From Flavobacteriaceae bacterium (GTDB lineage: Bacteria > Bacteroidota > Bacteroidia > Flavobacteriales > Flavobacteriaceae), in the NCBI GenBank assembly GCA_003443635.1, contig CP031964.1, forward strand, positions 526,321 to 590,320: a stretch of DNA of 64,000 nucleotides, written 5' to 3'. Under the pieces are notes generated by a model. The model was not told the DNA's origin, searched no databases, and saw nothing but the letters and a program-made list of their open reading frames with translations. Numbering within the stretch: the stretch's first letter is position 1; each line of letters opens with the position of its first letter. The translations under genes and the position numbers were made by a program. Shown piece after piece: positions 22,085 to 32,719 of the stretch.

Positions 22085-25000
22085 TTAATTAGTTTTTAGT
22101 GCTTTTTTAGTTAAGACTATGCCATTAGTTAGTTTTACTTGAGCAATATAAATAGAACGATTTAAATTAGATAAGCTGAATATAGTATTGTTCCCATTAG
22201 CATCAAAATCATATAAAGTACGCCCTGTTAAATCAATAATTCTAACAGATTCCATTTCTAGATTATCAGAAACTCTAAATTGTACATCACCATTATCAAG
22301 TTCAATGATTGCTAATGAATTATTTTCTTCAAGAAGTATATCATCTTCAGAAGATAAAGTACTGGAAATAAATTGAATTTCAAAGCGATCTTTAAAGACT
22401 CCGATTTCAGAAGTGAAATCATATTCTGAAGCAGACAAATCATGAGTAATATCTAATAAATTATCTCTTAAAAATATAGTAGTATTTTCGAAGAATGATC
22501 CTTCAAATTGTGCTATAGATAATGAATAAGTTGTATTGTTTTCAGCAGAAATATTGGTGTCAAATCCTAATGCAATAATCTCTGTTTCATCTAGCCCACT
22601 AGGGTCTTTCCCTTGAATTGCAAGTTTTGTATCCTCTCCCTCAACAAAAGTGTATAAAATACTAGTTAATTCAGAAGGAAGTATTCTAGTTGCATCATAT
22701 GCTAATCCATCATTAGCATCTGTAGCACCATCTACATAGCCAATTAAAATTTGATTAAACACACCATTATTAGAGGTTAAATCTAACCATAATAAGTCAC
22801 GGTCGCTGGAACTTGTTTCATTAGATGTACTTGTACTTGTTGTTAAATTAATACTTTGTTGCTCAATGCCAAAAAAGATATCGTTACTCTCTGGAGTTAC
22901 AGCAGTAGCTCTCATTGAATTATTAAAAATTGCAGTGCCTTGACCAACACTAGGTACAAAAAAGCCTTGACCTGATGGAATAAATTCGTTAGGAATAACA
23001 CCACTGGCACCAGCAATACCAGTTCCCATACTTATCATATAAATGGCATAATCATTTTGATTAAAATTAATTCCTTGATTCCCAGGGTTAGCTGAATCTG
23101 GAAGAGTGGCTTGAGACCAATAATACACTAAAGGACCTATTGTTGATGCATTAGCGGTTTGGAAATCATCAAAGCTTATAGCAGATGGGTAAGGATTACC
23201 TAAAAAATGATAATGTGCTCCATTATTTAAAGGGTCAACAGTTGCGGCATCATTAAAAATAGAAACATTTATAGGGCCATTATTAAATGGACCTTGAAAC
23301 GTAAATTGTGTTGTTCTAGGAAATGGAGGAGTTCCATTTTCATCTTCAGTAATTGCATAACCAATACCTGGAATTAAATCATCTGTGCCAGCTAAAGCTC
23401 GAAATGCATTATTATCGTCATCAATTCCATCAGCTCCTGCAGCACCGGTAGCATTAATAATTACGTCTCGATAATTAGCAGCATCCCAACCAAATCTGAA
23501 CCTTCGAGTTAATACAGGATATATATCGTCAACTGTTAATCCAGAAACAGGAGCACTCCAATATGTATAGTAAAACCAATCTAATTTTACTGGTGTAACT
23601 TTTAATACCTGAGAAGTTCCGTTATTAGTAAAAATTGAAGCATCATCTATTTGCACTAAATTACCTCTAGTTTGAACTGTGAGTGTACCTCCAGTATTTA
23701 CAGTAATATCATTTTCAACCTCTACATAAGAAGCTATAGGTGTTATAGGTTGAGGAAATGGAGGGTTTGCAATATCTAATGTTGCACCAGTATTTACAAT
23801 TAAACTACATGCGGTAAAATTACCATTGGTTATTGTATTATAATTAGCATCAATAATAGCTGTAGATGTAAGTGTTGGTACTCCATTGTCCCAATTAGTG
23901 CCATCCCAAGTAGTTGTAGTAGCACAAGTAAAAGCAGTAGATATACAGAGGTTATTGTAGTTAACTGTAGCAGTATTTTGAGCACCATGATTCCAAGCGA
24001 ATGCTATAAAATCTAAATTTAAATTTGTATGTGTTGTGTTTACAGCCGTCCCTCGTGAACTACTAGCATCAATACTTACAGGGTTGTTAAAAGAGTCACC
24101 GTCATCTCTAACAAATAACTCCCAAATGTTAGTAAGTGGACTATAAACCACACGAATGCTTACATGTGAATTTTCAAAATCGGTGCCAGCAGCAATAACA
24201 TCTGTAAGATTTGAATTAGCATCTATACCTCCTGTATAACTAACAAGTCGTATTTCATCATTTGCTCCAGGCCCCCCTAATACCACTGCATACCCATTTC
24301 CTTGAGTAATATCAGAATCTGTAGACCCTAAAATAAAAGCTCCCCCCGTTTGTCCAGAATTAAAACCACTAGGATTACCAACATTTTTTCGCATATTAAA
24401 TTCCCAAGTTACAATATCACTAGATGACCCTAAATTTGTGTTATAAGCACTAGATACATTTTGGAAAACATAATCAAGACCACTAGCGCCAGCAGATACA
24501 ATAGTTAATTCGTTGTTTACAATAGAAGAATTTCCTCCAACCTCTGTCCATTCAGATCCTAAAGTTAAAGCATTAAAATCATCTGACACTCTACAAAGAA
24601 TAGGAGGATCAGATTTAATAAGTCCGAAAACTTCAATATTATTACCTGGGCCTTCTATTCTACCACCACCGCCAGAAGCTTCAGAAAAACCATATAATCT
24701 ATAAGTTATAGCAGTAGTATTATTCAATTGAGAAACATTAAATGATATATTTTGAGTTCCTCCTATGTCAGCTATTGCCATTTCAGAATCAATATTCGTA
24801 GCAAATCCATCTAAAGAACTTCTCAATGCTACCCCTCTTAACCCTGTTGCTGATCGTTGAATATCAAAATTAATACTAGCTATGTCAAATTGGAAACCAG
24901 CAATAGGTGCTGATATTGTAAATTCTAAATAATCATTTCCAGTAACAGCATCTGCAATATCTATTGTAGACCAACCTTGAGAATTAAAACTGTTATTGTT

Positions 25001-25180
25001 ATTATTAGCAATTAAACCACTACCTCTACTTATTGTAGAAACTCCTAAAGTTAGGTCATTAAAATTTGAATTAGCGGTAACTTCATCTCCTATATTTCCT
25101 TGAAAATCAAAAGAAACAATTTGTCCATAGTTAACATAGAACGTTAATATAAATATAATAAGAGTAATTATTTTTTTCAT
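22085..25180 (-). CDS. large secreted surface protein with T9SS C-terminal sorting domain (cargo, 1031 aa)
   Basis: It has a signal peptide and Thr/Asn/Gly-rich beta-rich domains. The terminal CTD is …SIYIAQVKLTNGIVLTKKALKTN. Its C-terminal approx 600 aa are paralogous to the next gene. Confidence 0.8.
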   Translation of the reverse strand: MKKIITLIIFILTFYVNYGQIVSFDFQGNIGDEVTANSNFNDLTLGVSTISRGSGLIANNNNNSFNSQGWSTIDIADAVTGNDYLEFTISAPIAGFQFDIASINFDIQRSATGLRGVALRSSLDGFATNIDSEMAIADIGGTQNISFNVSQLNNTTAITYRLYGFSEASGGGGRIEGPGNNIEVFGLIKSDPPILCRVSDDFNALTLGSEWTEVGGNSSIVNNELTIVSAGASGLDYVFQNVSSAYNTNLGSSSDIVTWEFNMRKNVGNPSGFNSGQTGGAFILGSTDSDITQGNGYAVVLGGPGANDEIRLVSYTGGIDANSNLTDVIAAGTDFENSHVSIRVVYSPLTNIWELFVRDDGDSFNNPVSIDASSSRGTAVNTTHTNLNLDFIAFAWNHGAQNTATVNYNNLCISTAFTCATTTTWDGTNWDNGVPTLTSTAIIDANYNTITNGNFTACSLIVNTGATLDIANPPFPQPITPIASYVEVENDITVNTGGTLTVQTRGNLVQIDDASIFTNNGTSQVLKVTPVKLDWFYYTYWSAPVSGLTVDDIYPVLTRRFRFGWDAANYRDVIINATGAAGADGIDDDNNAFRALAGTDDLIPGIGYAITEDENGTPPFPRTTQFTFQGPFNNGPINVSIFNDAATVDPLNNGAHYHFLGNPYPSAISFDDFQTANASTIGPLVYYWSQATLPDSANPGNQGINFNQNDYAIYMISMGTGIAGASGVIPNEFIPSGQGFFVPSVGQGTAIFNNSMRATAVTPESNDIFFGIEQQSINLTTSTSTSNETSSSDRDLLWLDLTSNNGVFNQILIGYVDGATDANDGLAYDATRILPSELTSILYTFVEGEDTKLAIQGKDPSGLDETEIIALGFDTNISAENNTTYSLSIAQFEGSFFENTTIFLRDNLLDITHDLSASEYDFTSEIGVFKDRFEIQFISSTLSSEDDILLEENNSLAIIELDNGDVQFRVSDNLEMESVRIIDLTGRTLYDFDANGNNTIFSLSNLNRSIYIAQVKLTNGIVLTKKALKTN

Positions 25181-25496
25181 AATCAGCTATTTAGGGCACT
25201 GTTGGTTAATTTATTGTAAACTTAATAAGTAGCTTTAGAACTTTATATTAAATTCGATGAATGCACAAAAAACATATACTTATGGTAATTAGAGCTTTAA
25301 AAACAAAGAAATAAGAGTTTAGAACTAATATGATTAAAGATTATTTTTTGAACACAAGCTTCTTAACTAAGAGCGTTTTGCCAACACATTTTAAGAGGTA
25401 AGTTCTATAATAGAGAAATTAGGGGCTAAATATCAATCACTTTTTAAAGCAAAAAAGAGATATGTAAAATTAATGTAAATCAGGCATTTAAAGAAA

Positions 25497-28400
25497 TTAA
25501 TTTCTTTTTAATGCTTTTTTAGAAATAAGAACTCCGTTAGTTAACCTTATTTGTGCGATGTAAACAGAATTATTAAGTTTAGATAAGTTATATGTATTAT
25601 CAGAACCTTGAGCCTTGAAATTGTATAAAACGCGCCCATTTAAATCAATAATTTTAATAGATTCCATTTCTAAATTACCTGAAACTTTAAATTGTACATC
25701 ATTATTATTGAGTTCAATAATGACTAACTCATTTTCAATAACTAGATTTTCATCTATAGATAACGTTTCTGATACAAATTGAATTTGAAAACGCTCTTCA
25801 AATGTGCCAACCTCAGAAGTGAACTCATAATCACCTTCAGATAAATTATGCATTACATCTAATAAATTATCTTTTAAAAATATGGTACTATTTTCTATAA
25901 AAGCACCTTCAAATTGATCTAGAGATAAAGTATATAATGTTGGAACTTCAATATTAGTTTCGAAACCTAAATGAATTATCTCATTTTCATTAATACTGTT
26001 TATATCTTTACCCTGTATTACAAATTTAATATCATCTTCATCATCTTCTATAAAAGTATATAATATTGCAGAAGTACCTATTGGAAGAACTCTAGGAGCA
26101 TCATAAGAAAAACCATCATACGCGTCTGTAGCTCCGCCTACATAAGCAACTAAGATTTGATTAAAGATACCATTATCAGATTTTAAGTTAATCCATATTT
26201 TATTTTCATTATCAATTAATAAATCATTCGAATTAACAGTTGGATTACTATTTAAAGTCAAACTGTTTTCTTCAGTTCCAAAAAATTGGTTGTTACTGTC
26301 AATAGAAGCAACTCGCATAGAGTTCTTAAAAACTGCGTTTCCAGCACCAACACTAGGAATAAAAAATCCTTGTCCAGATGGAATATATTGAGTAGGAATT
26401 ATACCACTTGCGCCAGCTGCACCACCACTACCTATAGTATAAGTAGCATAATCATTTTGACTAAAGTTTACAGTTTGATTTCCAGGGTTATTAGCAGATG
26501 GAGGTGTAGATTGAGACCATAAATAAGCTATACCTCCTATTAAACTTGAATTGGTTGCTTGAAAAATTTCAAAATCTATTGCAGAAGGATATGGATTACC
26601 TATAAAATTATAGTGTGCTACATTTGCAGAATCATAAGCAATAGGTACTTCTATTAAACCATTATTAAATGTACCATCAAAAGTAGCTTGAGCTGTACTC
26701 CCAGGAATAAAAAACTGCTGATTTTCTGTAATTGCATATCCAACACCTGGGATTAAGGGGTCAGAACCACTAACTAATTCATATGCGTTAGCATCATCAT
26801 CAAACCCATCTTCGTTAAGATCTAGATAATTATTAGCGTTAAATATAAACCTTCTATTTGCTGGATTAGTTGCAAAAACATCATCAACCGTTAATCCAGA
26901 AACTGGAGAGCTCCAATAAGTAAAAAAGAACCAATCTTGTTTTACAGGAGTTACTTTATTAACACGAGACATTGCTCCATTATTAGTATATGTTGAGCTG
27001 TCAATATTCTGCACGAAATTACCACTAGATTCAACAATAATTTCTCCATTTATTACTACATCACTTTCAATTTCTATAAAAGTTGAATTACTAATGCTTA
27101 ATCTAAAACCACTATTTACAGCTAAGCTACAGGCAGAAATATTACCATTAACACCAGTGGTATATGCACCATTAATAATTGCAGCTACAGTAGTATTGGG
27201 AATTCCATTATCCCAAGTTGTGCCATTCCATGTAGTTGTAGTTGGGCAAATAACAGAACAATCGAATGTGCATAATCCTAATGTTAAAGATTGGTTTCCT
27301 CCACCATCTGAGGTATCCCAATTAGTAGCATCAGAAACAGCAGTTAGAATAAGTTCTGGTGATGTTGTAACAGCACAATCATAAGCACCATTATCTATAT
27401 CTCCGCTAATATCAACAGAATTTACACCATCTGCTAATCCAATAGGTAATGCCGATTCTTGTTGGTTTCCTGCGGTTACACTCCATCCAGGATTATTAAA
27501 ATTAAGAGCATAAATAAATGTTGGCGAATCATCAGTTCCTTGATAAGCTAAAATTTGATCACCTTGACCTCTTATTTCAAAATCATCTTCCTCAGTAAGT
27601 ATCCCAGTATTAGGAGAAATGGTAAGTGTACCATTATTTGCAGATGTAAGTATTATTTGAGTGCCGCAAGATAAATCTGTGTTAGCAGTCCATATTAAAG
27701 TTCCTTCTCTATCGGTATTTCCAACTCTAAAGGCATCAGTGTCTAACCAACCTCTATCTGTAAAACGTATTTCGGTACCAGCAGTAATATCTGTAAGTAA
27801 AACAAAAGCAACTTGATCATTACCGTCTGTATTGTAGCCAGTTATAACTATATCTCCTGCTGTTAATACAGTTTGTATGATAGAAGTACAACTAAATAAA
27901 CATTGCCCTAATGTTAAAGATTGATTTCCATCCCCGTCAGAAGTATTCCAGTTTGCAGCATCAGAAACTGAAGCTAAAATGGCATCTGGTAAGGTAGTCA
28001 CAGCACAATTATATGTACCGTTATCTATATCCCCACTAATATCAACTGAATTTACGCCATCTGTTAACCCAATAGGTAAAGCTGATTCTTGTTGATTTCC
28101 TGCAGTTGTACTCCATCCCGGGTTATTAAAATTTAGAGCATAAATAAATGTTGGAGAGTCATCTGTACCTTGATAGGCCAAAATTTGATCACCTTGACCT
28201 CTTATTTCAAAGTCATCTACTTCTGTAAGTGATCCTATATTTGGTGAGATTGTAAGAGTGCCATCGTTTGCAGATGTGAGTATTATTTGAGAACCACAAG
28301 AAAGATCTGTATCTGCAACCCATATTAGAGTTCCTTCTCTACCAGTATTTCCAATTCTAAAAGCATTAGTATCTAACCAACCTCTATCTGTAAATCGTAT

Positions 28401-28568
28401 TTCGGTACCAACTGTAATATCTGTTAATAAAACGAATGCAACTTGATCGTCTCCATCTGTATTATAACCAGTTATGGCTATATCTCCTGCGGTTAGGGTA
28501 GTTTGACTATGACTTGGGGTGATTTTTAGGGCAAGTACTAGTAAAAATAATACAATAATTTTTGTCAT
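25497..28568 (-). CDS. large secreted surface protein with T9SS C-terminal sorting domain (cargo, 1023 aa), containing two tandem copies of a 210-aa N-terminal domain
   Basis: It has a signal peptide. The CTD is …SVYIAQIRLTNGVLISKKALKRN. An internal duplication is visible in both protein and DNA. Confidence 0.8.
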   Translation of the reverse strand: MTKIIVLFLLVLALKITPSHSQTTLTAGDIAITGYNTDGDDQVAFVLLTDITVGTEIRFTDRGWLDTNAFRIGNTGREGTLIWVADTDLSCGSQIILTSANDGTLTISPNIGSLTEVDDFEIRGQGDQILAYQGTDDSPTFIYALNFNNPGWSTTAGNQQESALPIGLTDGVNSVDISGDIDNGTYNCAVTTLPDAILASVSDAANWNTSDGDGNQSLTLGQCLFSCTSIIQTVLTAGDIVITGYNTDGNDQVAFVLLTDITAGTEIRFTDRGWLDTDAFRVGNTDREGTLIWTANTDLSCGTQIILTSANNGTLTISPNTGILTEEDDFEIRGQGDQILAYQGTDDSPTFIYALNFNNPGWSVTAGNQQESALPIGLADGVNSVDISGDIDNGAYDCAVTTSPELILTAVSDATNWDTSDGGGNQSLTLGLCTFDCSVICPTTTTWNGTTWDNGIPNTTVAAIINGAYTTGVNGNISACSLAVNSGFRLSISNSTFIEIESDVVINGEIIVESSGNFVQNIDSSTYTNNGAMSRVNKVTPVKQDWFFFTYWSSPVSGLTVDDVFATNPANRRFIFNANNYLDLNEDGFDDDANAYELVSGSDPLIPGVGYAITENQQFFIPGSTAQATFDGTFNNGLIEVPIAYDSANVAHYNFIGNPYPSAIDFEIFQATNSSLIGGIAYLWSQSTPPSANNPGNQTVNFSQNDYATYTIGSGGAAGASGIIPTQYIPSGQGFFIPSVGAGNAVFKNSMRVASIDSNNQFFGTEENSLTLNSNPTVNSNDLLIDNENKIWINLKSDNGIFNQILVAYVGGATDAYDGFSYDAPRVLPIGTSAILYTFIEDDEDDIKFVIQGKDINSINENEIIHLGFETNIEVPTLYTLSLDQFEGAFIENSTIFLKDNLLDVMHNLSEGDYEFTSEVGTFEERFQIQFVSETLSIDENLVIENELVIIELNNNDVQFKVSGNLEMESIKIIDLNGRVLYNFKAQGSDNTYNLSKLNNSVYIAQIRLTNGVLISKKALKRN
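27234..28493 (-). repeat. intragenic tandem direct duplication, 2 x 630 bp (units 27234..27863 and 27864..28493), roughly 90% nt identity by eye
   Basis: Long identical stretches recur at a 630-nt period. One example is cctaatgttaaagattg…tccagtt…gcagcatcagaaac…ataaataaatgttgg…gatcaccttgacctcttatttcaaa at about 27283 and again at about 27913. The encoded 210-aa domains are about 88% identical. Confidence 0.85.
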
Positions 28569-28723
28569 AAATTTGTTCGCGCATTAAACAATTTATAAAG
28601 CAATAAACTATACTAATAAATTAAATTCTTTTAAATTAAACACTTTATTATTATCCTAAATAGTAGGGAATTAGAATATATAAAACGCTGCAAATATATT
28701 AAAAAATAATTTATGCTAAATTA

Positions 28724-29197
28724 ATGAATATTAAGAAGACATTTACTTTAGATGAAGCCAAAAAGAAGCTGGAAAGTTATTGTGCATATCAAGAACGTTC
28801 TCATCAAGAAGTAATACATAAACTGAGAGATATGCAAATGATCCCTGAAGCTATTGATGTAATTATTGGACATCTTTTAGAACATAATTTTCTTAATGAA
28901 GAACGTTTTGCAAGAACATTTGTGCGTGGAAAATTTAATATTAAAAAATGGGGAAAACAGAGATTAACCTTAGAACTAAAAAAAAGAGATATAAGTAAAA
29001 TTAATATTGCTCTTGCTTTTAAAGAAATTGATGATAGTAGTTATATTGAAATGTTTAATGAATTAGCTGAAAAAAAAGCAAAAAGTATTAAAGGATCTAA
29101 TATATATAAAAAACGAAAAAAGCTAGCGGATTATTTATTGTATCGTGGTTGGGAGTCACATTTGGTTTATGAGAAAGTAAACCAACTTATAAAGTGA
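28724..29197 (+). CDS. recX: recombination regulator RecX
   Basis: It is 157 aa. The block LESYCAYQERSHQEVIHKL…NEERFARTFVRGKF is characteristic of RecX. Confidence 0.85.
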   Translation: MNIKKTFTLDEAKKKLESYCAYQERSHQEVIHKLRDMQMIPEAIDVIIGHLLEHNFLNEERFARTFVRGKFNIKKWGKQRLTLELKKRDISKINIALAFKEIDDSSYIEMFNELAEKKAKSIKGSNIYKKRKKLADYLLYRGWESHLVYEKVNQLIK

Positions 29198-30059
29198 TGT
29201 TGGCTTTTTTATGTGTTTTAGCAATTGCTTTTTCATTTTTCCAATCCAACCATTTTTGACCTTTTAAGCGACGCATGATATTGTCAAAAGTTCGCATAAA
29301 AACAATATTATGAACAGCCTTAAGGAAGTTTTTAGGATTTCTAGGAATAGCACGTAAACTCATAGAAAATCCAGGAGTAATATATTTTATATAATGCCAA
29401 TATCCTTCAGGCATATATAACACTTCTCCATGATTTAATTCAGCTATATGTCCTTTGGCGTATTTTAATGCAGGCCATTTTTTGAAATCTGGATTAGAAA
29501 AATCAATATCTTCTCTAGTAATTAATGAATTTGGAATTTTATATAAAAATTTATTCTGTTTTTGATCAAACAATATACATTCTTTTTTTCCTTCAAAATG
29601 AAAGTGAAAGATATTAGCTAAATCAATATCGTAATGCATAAATGTATATGAGTCTTGTCCACCAAAGAAAAGCATAGGTAACTTTTTTAGTAATCGAAAA
29701 CCTAAATTTGGATATGAAAAATCATTTTGAAGTTGAGGAACTTCTTTTAATATGTTCCAAAGGAAAATTCTAAATTTTGTGGGCTCACGTTTTAATAAAT
29801 CTATATAATCACTCATTTTCATTTCGGCATGAGCAGCATTAAATTTTGCATTGGCATCAACTGGTCTATCATCATAAAGTGGTACAGTTTTATCACCAGC
29901 AACTTGCTTTATATAATCTAAATTCCATTTATTATAAGCAGGCCAATCCTCTATAAGATTAGTAATAACCACAGGTTTCTGTGGTTTAAAATAATTTTTA
30001 ATAAACTCCTCTTTAGTAATAGTTTTTACTCGAGGTACTTTCTGAAGATTTAATTCCAA
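29187..30059 (-). CDS. cupin-like JmjC-family 2-oxoglutarate/Fe(II) oxygenase-like protein
   Basis: An HxD…H facial triad is present (FMHYDID … GHIAELNHGEVLYMPEGYWH). It is 290 aa. Its 3' end overlaps the recX 3' end by 11 nt, in convergent orientation. Confidence 0.6.
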   Translation of the reverse strand: MELNLQKVPRVKTITKEEFIKNYFKPQKPVVITNLIEDWPAYNKWNLDYIKQVAGDKTVPLYDDRPVDANAKFNAAHAEMKMSDYIDLLKREPTKFRIFLWNILKEVPQLQNDFSYPNLGFRLLKKLPMLFFGGQDSYTFMHYDIDLANIFHFHFEGKKECILFDQKQNKFLYKIPNSLITREDIDFSNPDFKKWPALKYAKGHIAELNHGEVLYMPEGYWHYIKYITPGFSMSLRAIPRNPKNFLKAVHNIVFMRTFDNIMRRLKGQKWLDWKNEKAIAKTHKKANITL

Positions 30060-30130
30060 TCGTATAAATTTAGTAAAACTAAAATAATAAAACCTTAATG
30101 AATTTCAAAAAATAAACTAAGCCTATAGAG

Positions 30131-31225
30131 TTATTTTACGGCTTTAGAATTCTCTTTGGCCATTTCGTTTCGCTCAATTTTATGCTCAGGTCTTGACCAT
30201 TTTGGTTTTTCTCCCAACGCTTGCAATTTAGATTCTGATGCTTCAACAGTTTCTGGCTGCATTTTTTTAATAAAAGGTTTTTGAGGATTTAATCCTAGCA
30301 ATTTAAACATTTCCATGTCCTCATTAACATCAGGATTAGGAGTAGTTAATAATTTATCGCCTGCAAAAATAGAATTAGCTCCTGCAAAGAAACACATTGC
30401 TTGTCCTTCACGACTCATTTCTGTACGACCAGCACTTAAGCGTACTTGTGTCTCTGGCATTATAATACGTGTAGTGGCTACCATTCTAATCATATCCCAT
30501 ATAGATACAGGTTTCTGATCTTCTAATGGAGTACCTTCAACAGCAACTAAAGCATTAATTGGAACAGATTCTGGCTGTGGGTTTAAAGTAGATAAGGCAA
30601 CCAACATTCCTGCTCTATCTTCTATTTTTTCTCCCATACCTATAATTCCACCAGAACAAACAGTAACATTAGTTTTTCTAACATTGTCAATAGTCTCTAG
30701 ACGATCTTCATAGCCACGAGTAGAAATTACTTCTTTGTAATATTCTTCTGATGAATCTAAGTTATGATTGTATGCATATAACCCAGCTTCAGCTAAACGT
30801 TGTGCTTGATTTTCAGTAATCATCCCTAGCGTACAACATACTTCCATATCTAATTTATTAATGGTACGTACCATTTCTAGAACTTGATCAAACTCTTCAC
30901 CATCTTTTACATTGCGCCAAGCTGCACCCATGCATACACGAGAACTCCCAGAAGCTTTTGCACGTAAAGCTTGAGCTTTTACATGAGGCACAGTCATTAA
31001 ATCATTGCCTTCAACATTAGTATGATAACGTGCTGCTTGTGGGCAATATCCACAATCTTCAGGACATCCACCAGTTTTAATAGATAGTAAAGTAGAAACC
31101 TGGACTGTGTTAGGATCGTGATATTCACGATGTATGGTTGCAGCTTCATATAACAATTCCATTAAGGGTTTGTTATAAATATTTAATATCTCTTCTGTGG
31201 TCCAATTATGTCTAGTAATACTCAT
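30131..31225 (-). CDS. bioB: biotin synthase
   Basis: It has the radical-SAM cluster motif GGCPEDCGYCPQ and the BioB C-terminal region. It is 364 aa. Confidence 0.95.
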   Translation of the reverse strand: MSITRHNWTTEEILNIYNKPLMELLYEAATIHREYHDPNTVQVSTLLSIKTGGCPEDCGYCPQAARYHTNVEGNDLMTVPHVKAQALRAKASGSSRVCMGAAWRNVKDGEEFDQVLEMVRTINKLDMEVCCTLGMITENQAQRLAEAGLYAYNHNLDSSEEYYKEVISTRGYEDRLETIDNVRKTNVTVCSGGIIGMGEKIEDRAGMLVALSTLNPQPESVPINALVAVEGTPLEDQKPVSIWDMIRMVATTRIIMPETQVRLSAGRTEMSREGQAMCFFAGANSIFAGDKLLTTPNPDVNEDMEMFKLLGLNPQKPFIKKMQPETVEASESKLQALGEKPKWSRPEHKIERNEMAKENSKAVK

Positions 31226-31246
31226 AGTCTTAAATATAGGCGTAAA

Positions 31247-31269
31247 AGTAGAAAATTCCGCTTTAACAG
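31247..31269 (-). terminator. stem-loop between the flotillin gene and bioB (weak terminator or attenuator candidate)
   Basis: The sequence aattccgctttaacagcggaatt is a 9-bp perfect stem. The flanking T-runs are only moderate. Confidence 0.3.
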
Positions 31270-31282
31270 CGGAATTTTTATA

Positions 31283-32719
31283 TTAATCTTTGTCTTCAGG
31301 ATTATTAACATTTTCTTTGGCCTCAATATCTTCTTCTTTTTTATCTTTCCCTTTTAGATATTCAGGCAGTTGCATTCCAGCCATATTAAACATTTCCTGT
31401 AATGGAGGAACAGATTGATACATTCCTGATAAGAAATTTGCTGTAGATGATTTTCCATCTTTTCCGCCACCATTTTCCCAAACAGTAACTTTATCAATTT
31501 TAATATTTTTAATTGCTTCAGCTTGAGTTTTTACTAATTCAGGCAATTTATCGGCAATTAATAATAATACTGCATCTTTTGAATCATTTCCAGCTGCTTT
31601 TACAATTTGGTCTAAACCAGCTGCTTGTTTGGTTAACACTTCATAAAGCCCTTGTGCTTCGGCTTGAGCTTTAAATAATATGGCATCTGCTTCCCCTTTT
31701 GCTTTTCTTCTAATACGTTCAGCTTCAGCTTCGGCATCAATTTCTACTTTTCTTTTATCTATTTCTGCAGGAACAATAACATCAGCCATTTGAGATGAAC
31801 GTTCTCTTTCTGCTCTTGCAGATTCTGCTTGTTGTTCAGCAGCATAAGATTCTTCTAATGCTTTTGCAGATTGTACTTTTTCCGAAGCAATAGCCACACG
31901 CTCTGCTTCTGCTTCACGTTGTCTACGTAATGAATCAGAATTTGCAACCGAAATCTTAGCTGAATTTTCACCCTCAACTGCTTGTGCGTTTGCAGCAGCA
32001 ACCTGTGTACGTTCATCCTGTACTGCATTTGCTTCTCCAATAGAACCATCTCTTGTCTTTTCTGCTACAGATTTACGAGCTGCATTAATGGCATGTGCAG
32101 CAGCTTCTTTCCCTAAAGCTTCAATATAACCAGATTCGTCAACGATATCTGTAATATTTACGTTAATTAATTTTAATCCTACTTTTTTAAGTTCAGATTC
32201 GACACTTTGAGAAATATTAGTTAAAAATTTATCTCTATCGGAATTTATCTCTTCTATGTCCATTGAAGCCACTACTAAACGTAATTGACCAAAAATAATC
32301 TCTTGTGCTAATTCTTGAATTTCATTTTGCCCTAGACCTAATAAACGCTCTGCTGCATTTTGCATAATGCCTGGCTCAGTAGAAATACCTATGGTAAATC
32401 GAGATGGTACATTAACACGAATATTCTGTTTAGATAAAGCATTAATTAGATTAACCTCAATAGAAATTGGTGTTAAATCCAAGAACTCATAATCTTGAAT
32501 TACAGGCAAGATAAATGCAGCACCACCATGAATACATTTGGCAGATTGCCCACCTCCAACTTTACCATACACTACTAGTATTCGATCCGAAGGACAACGT
32601 TTATAACGCTTTATTAATACAATAAAAATAAGTACAATAAATAATACGCCGAAGACTAGCGTCATTGTACTTCCGATGCCTTCTAGATTAAAGCTCTCCT
32701 GTATGCTCAGTAATTTCAT
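31283..32719 (-). CDS. flotillin-like SPFH/band-7 protein (YqiK-type)
   Basis: It has one N-terminal TM helix, an SPFH core, and a long Ala/Glu-rich coiled coil (AEQQAESARAERERS…). It is 478 aa. Confidence 0.85.
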   Translation of the reverse strand: MKLLSIQESFNLEGIGSTMTLVFGVLFIVLIFIVLIKRYKRCPSDRILVVYGKVGGGQSAKCIHGGAAFILPVIQDYEFLDLTPISIEVNLINALSKQNIRVNVPSRFTIGISTEPGIMQNAAERLLGLGQNEIQELAQEIIFGQLRLVVASMDIEEINSDRDKFLTNISQSVESELKKVGLKLINVNITDIVDESGYIEALGKEAAAHAINAARKSVAEKTRDGSIGEANAVQDERTQVAAANAQAVEGENSAKISVANSDSLRRQREAEAERVAIASEKVQSAKALEESYAAEQQAESARAERERSSQMADVIVPAEIDKRKVEIDAEAEAERIRRKAKGEADAILFKAQAEAQGLYEVLTKQAAGLDQIVKAAGNDSKDAVLLLIADKLPELVKTQAEAIKNIKIDKVTVWENGGGKDGKSSTANFLSGMYQSVPPLQEMFNMAGMQLPEYLKGKDKKEEDIEAKENVNNPEDKD

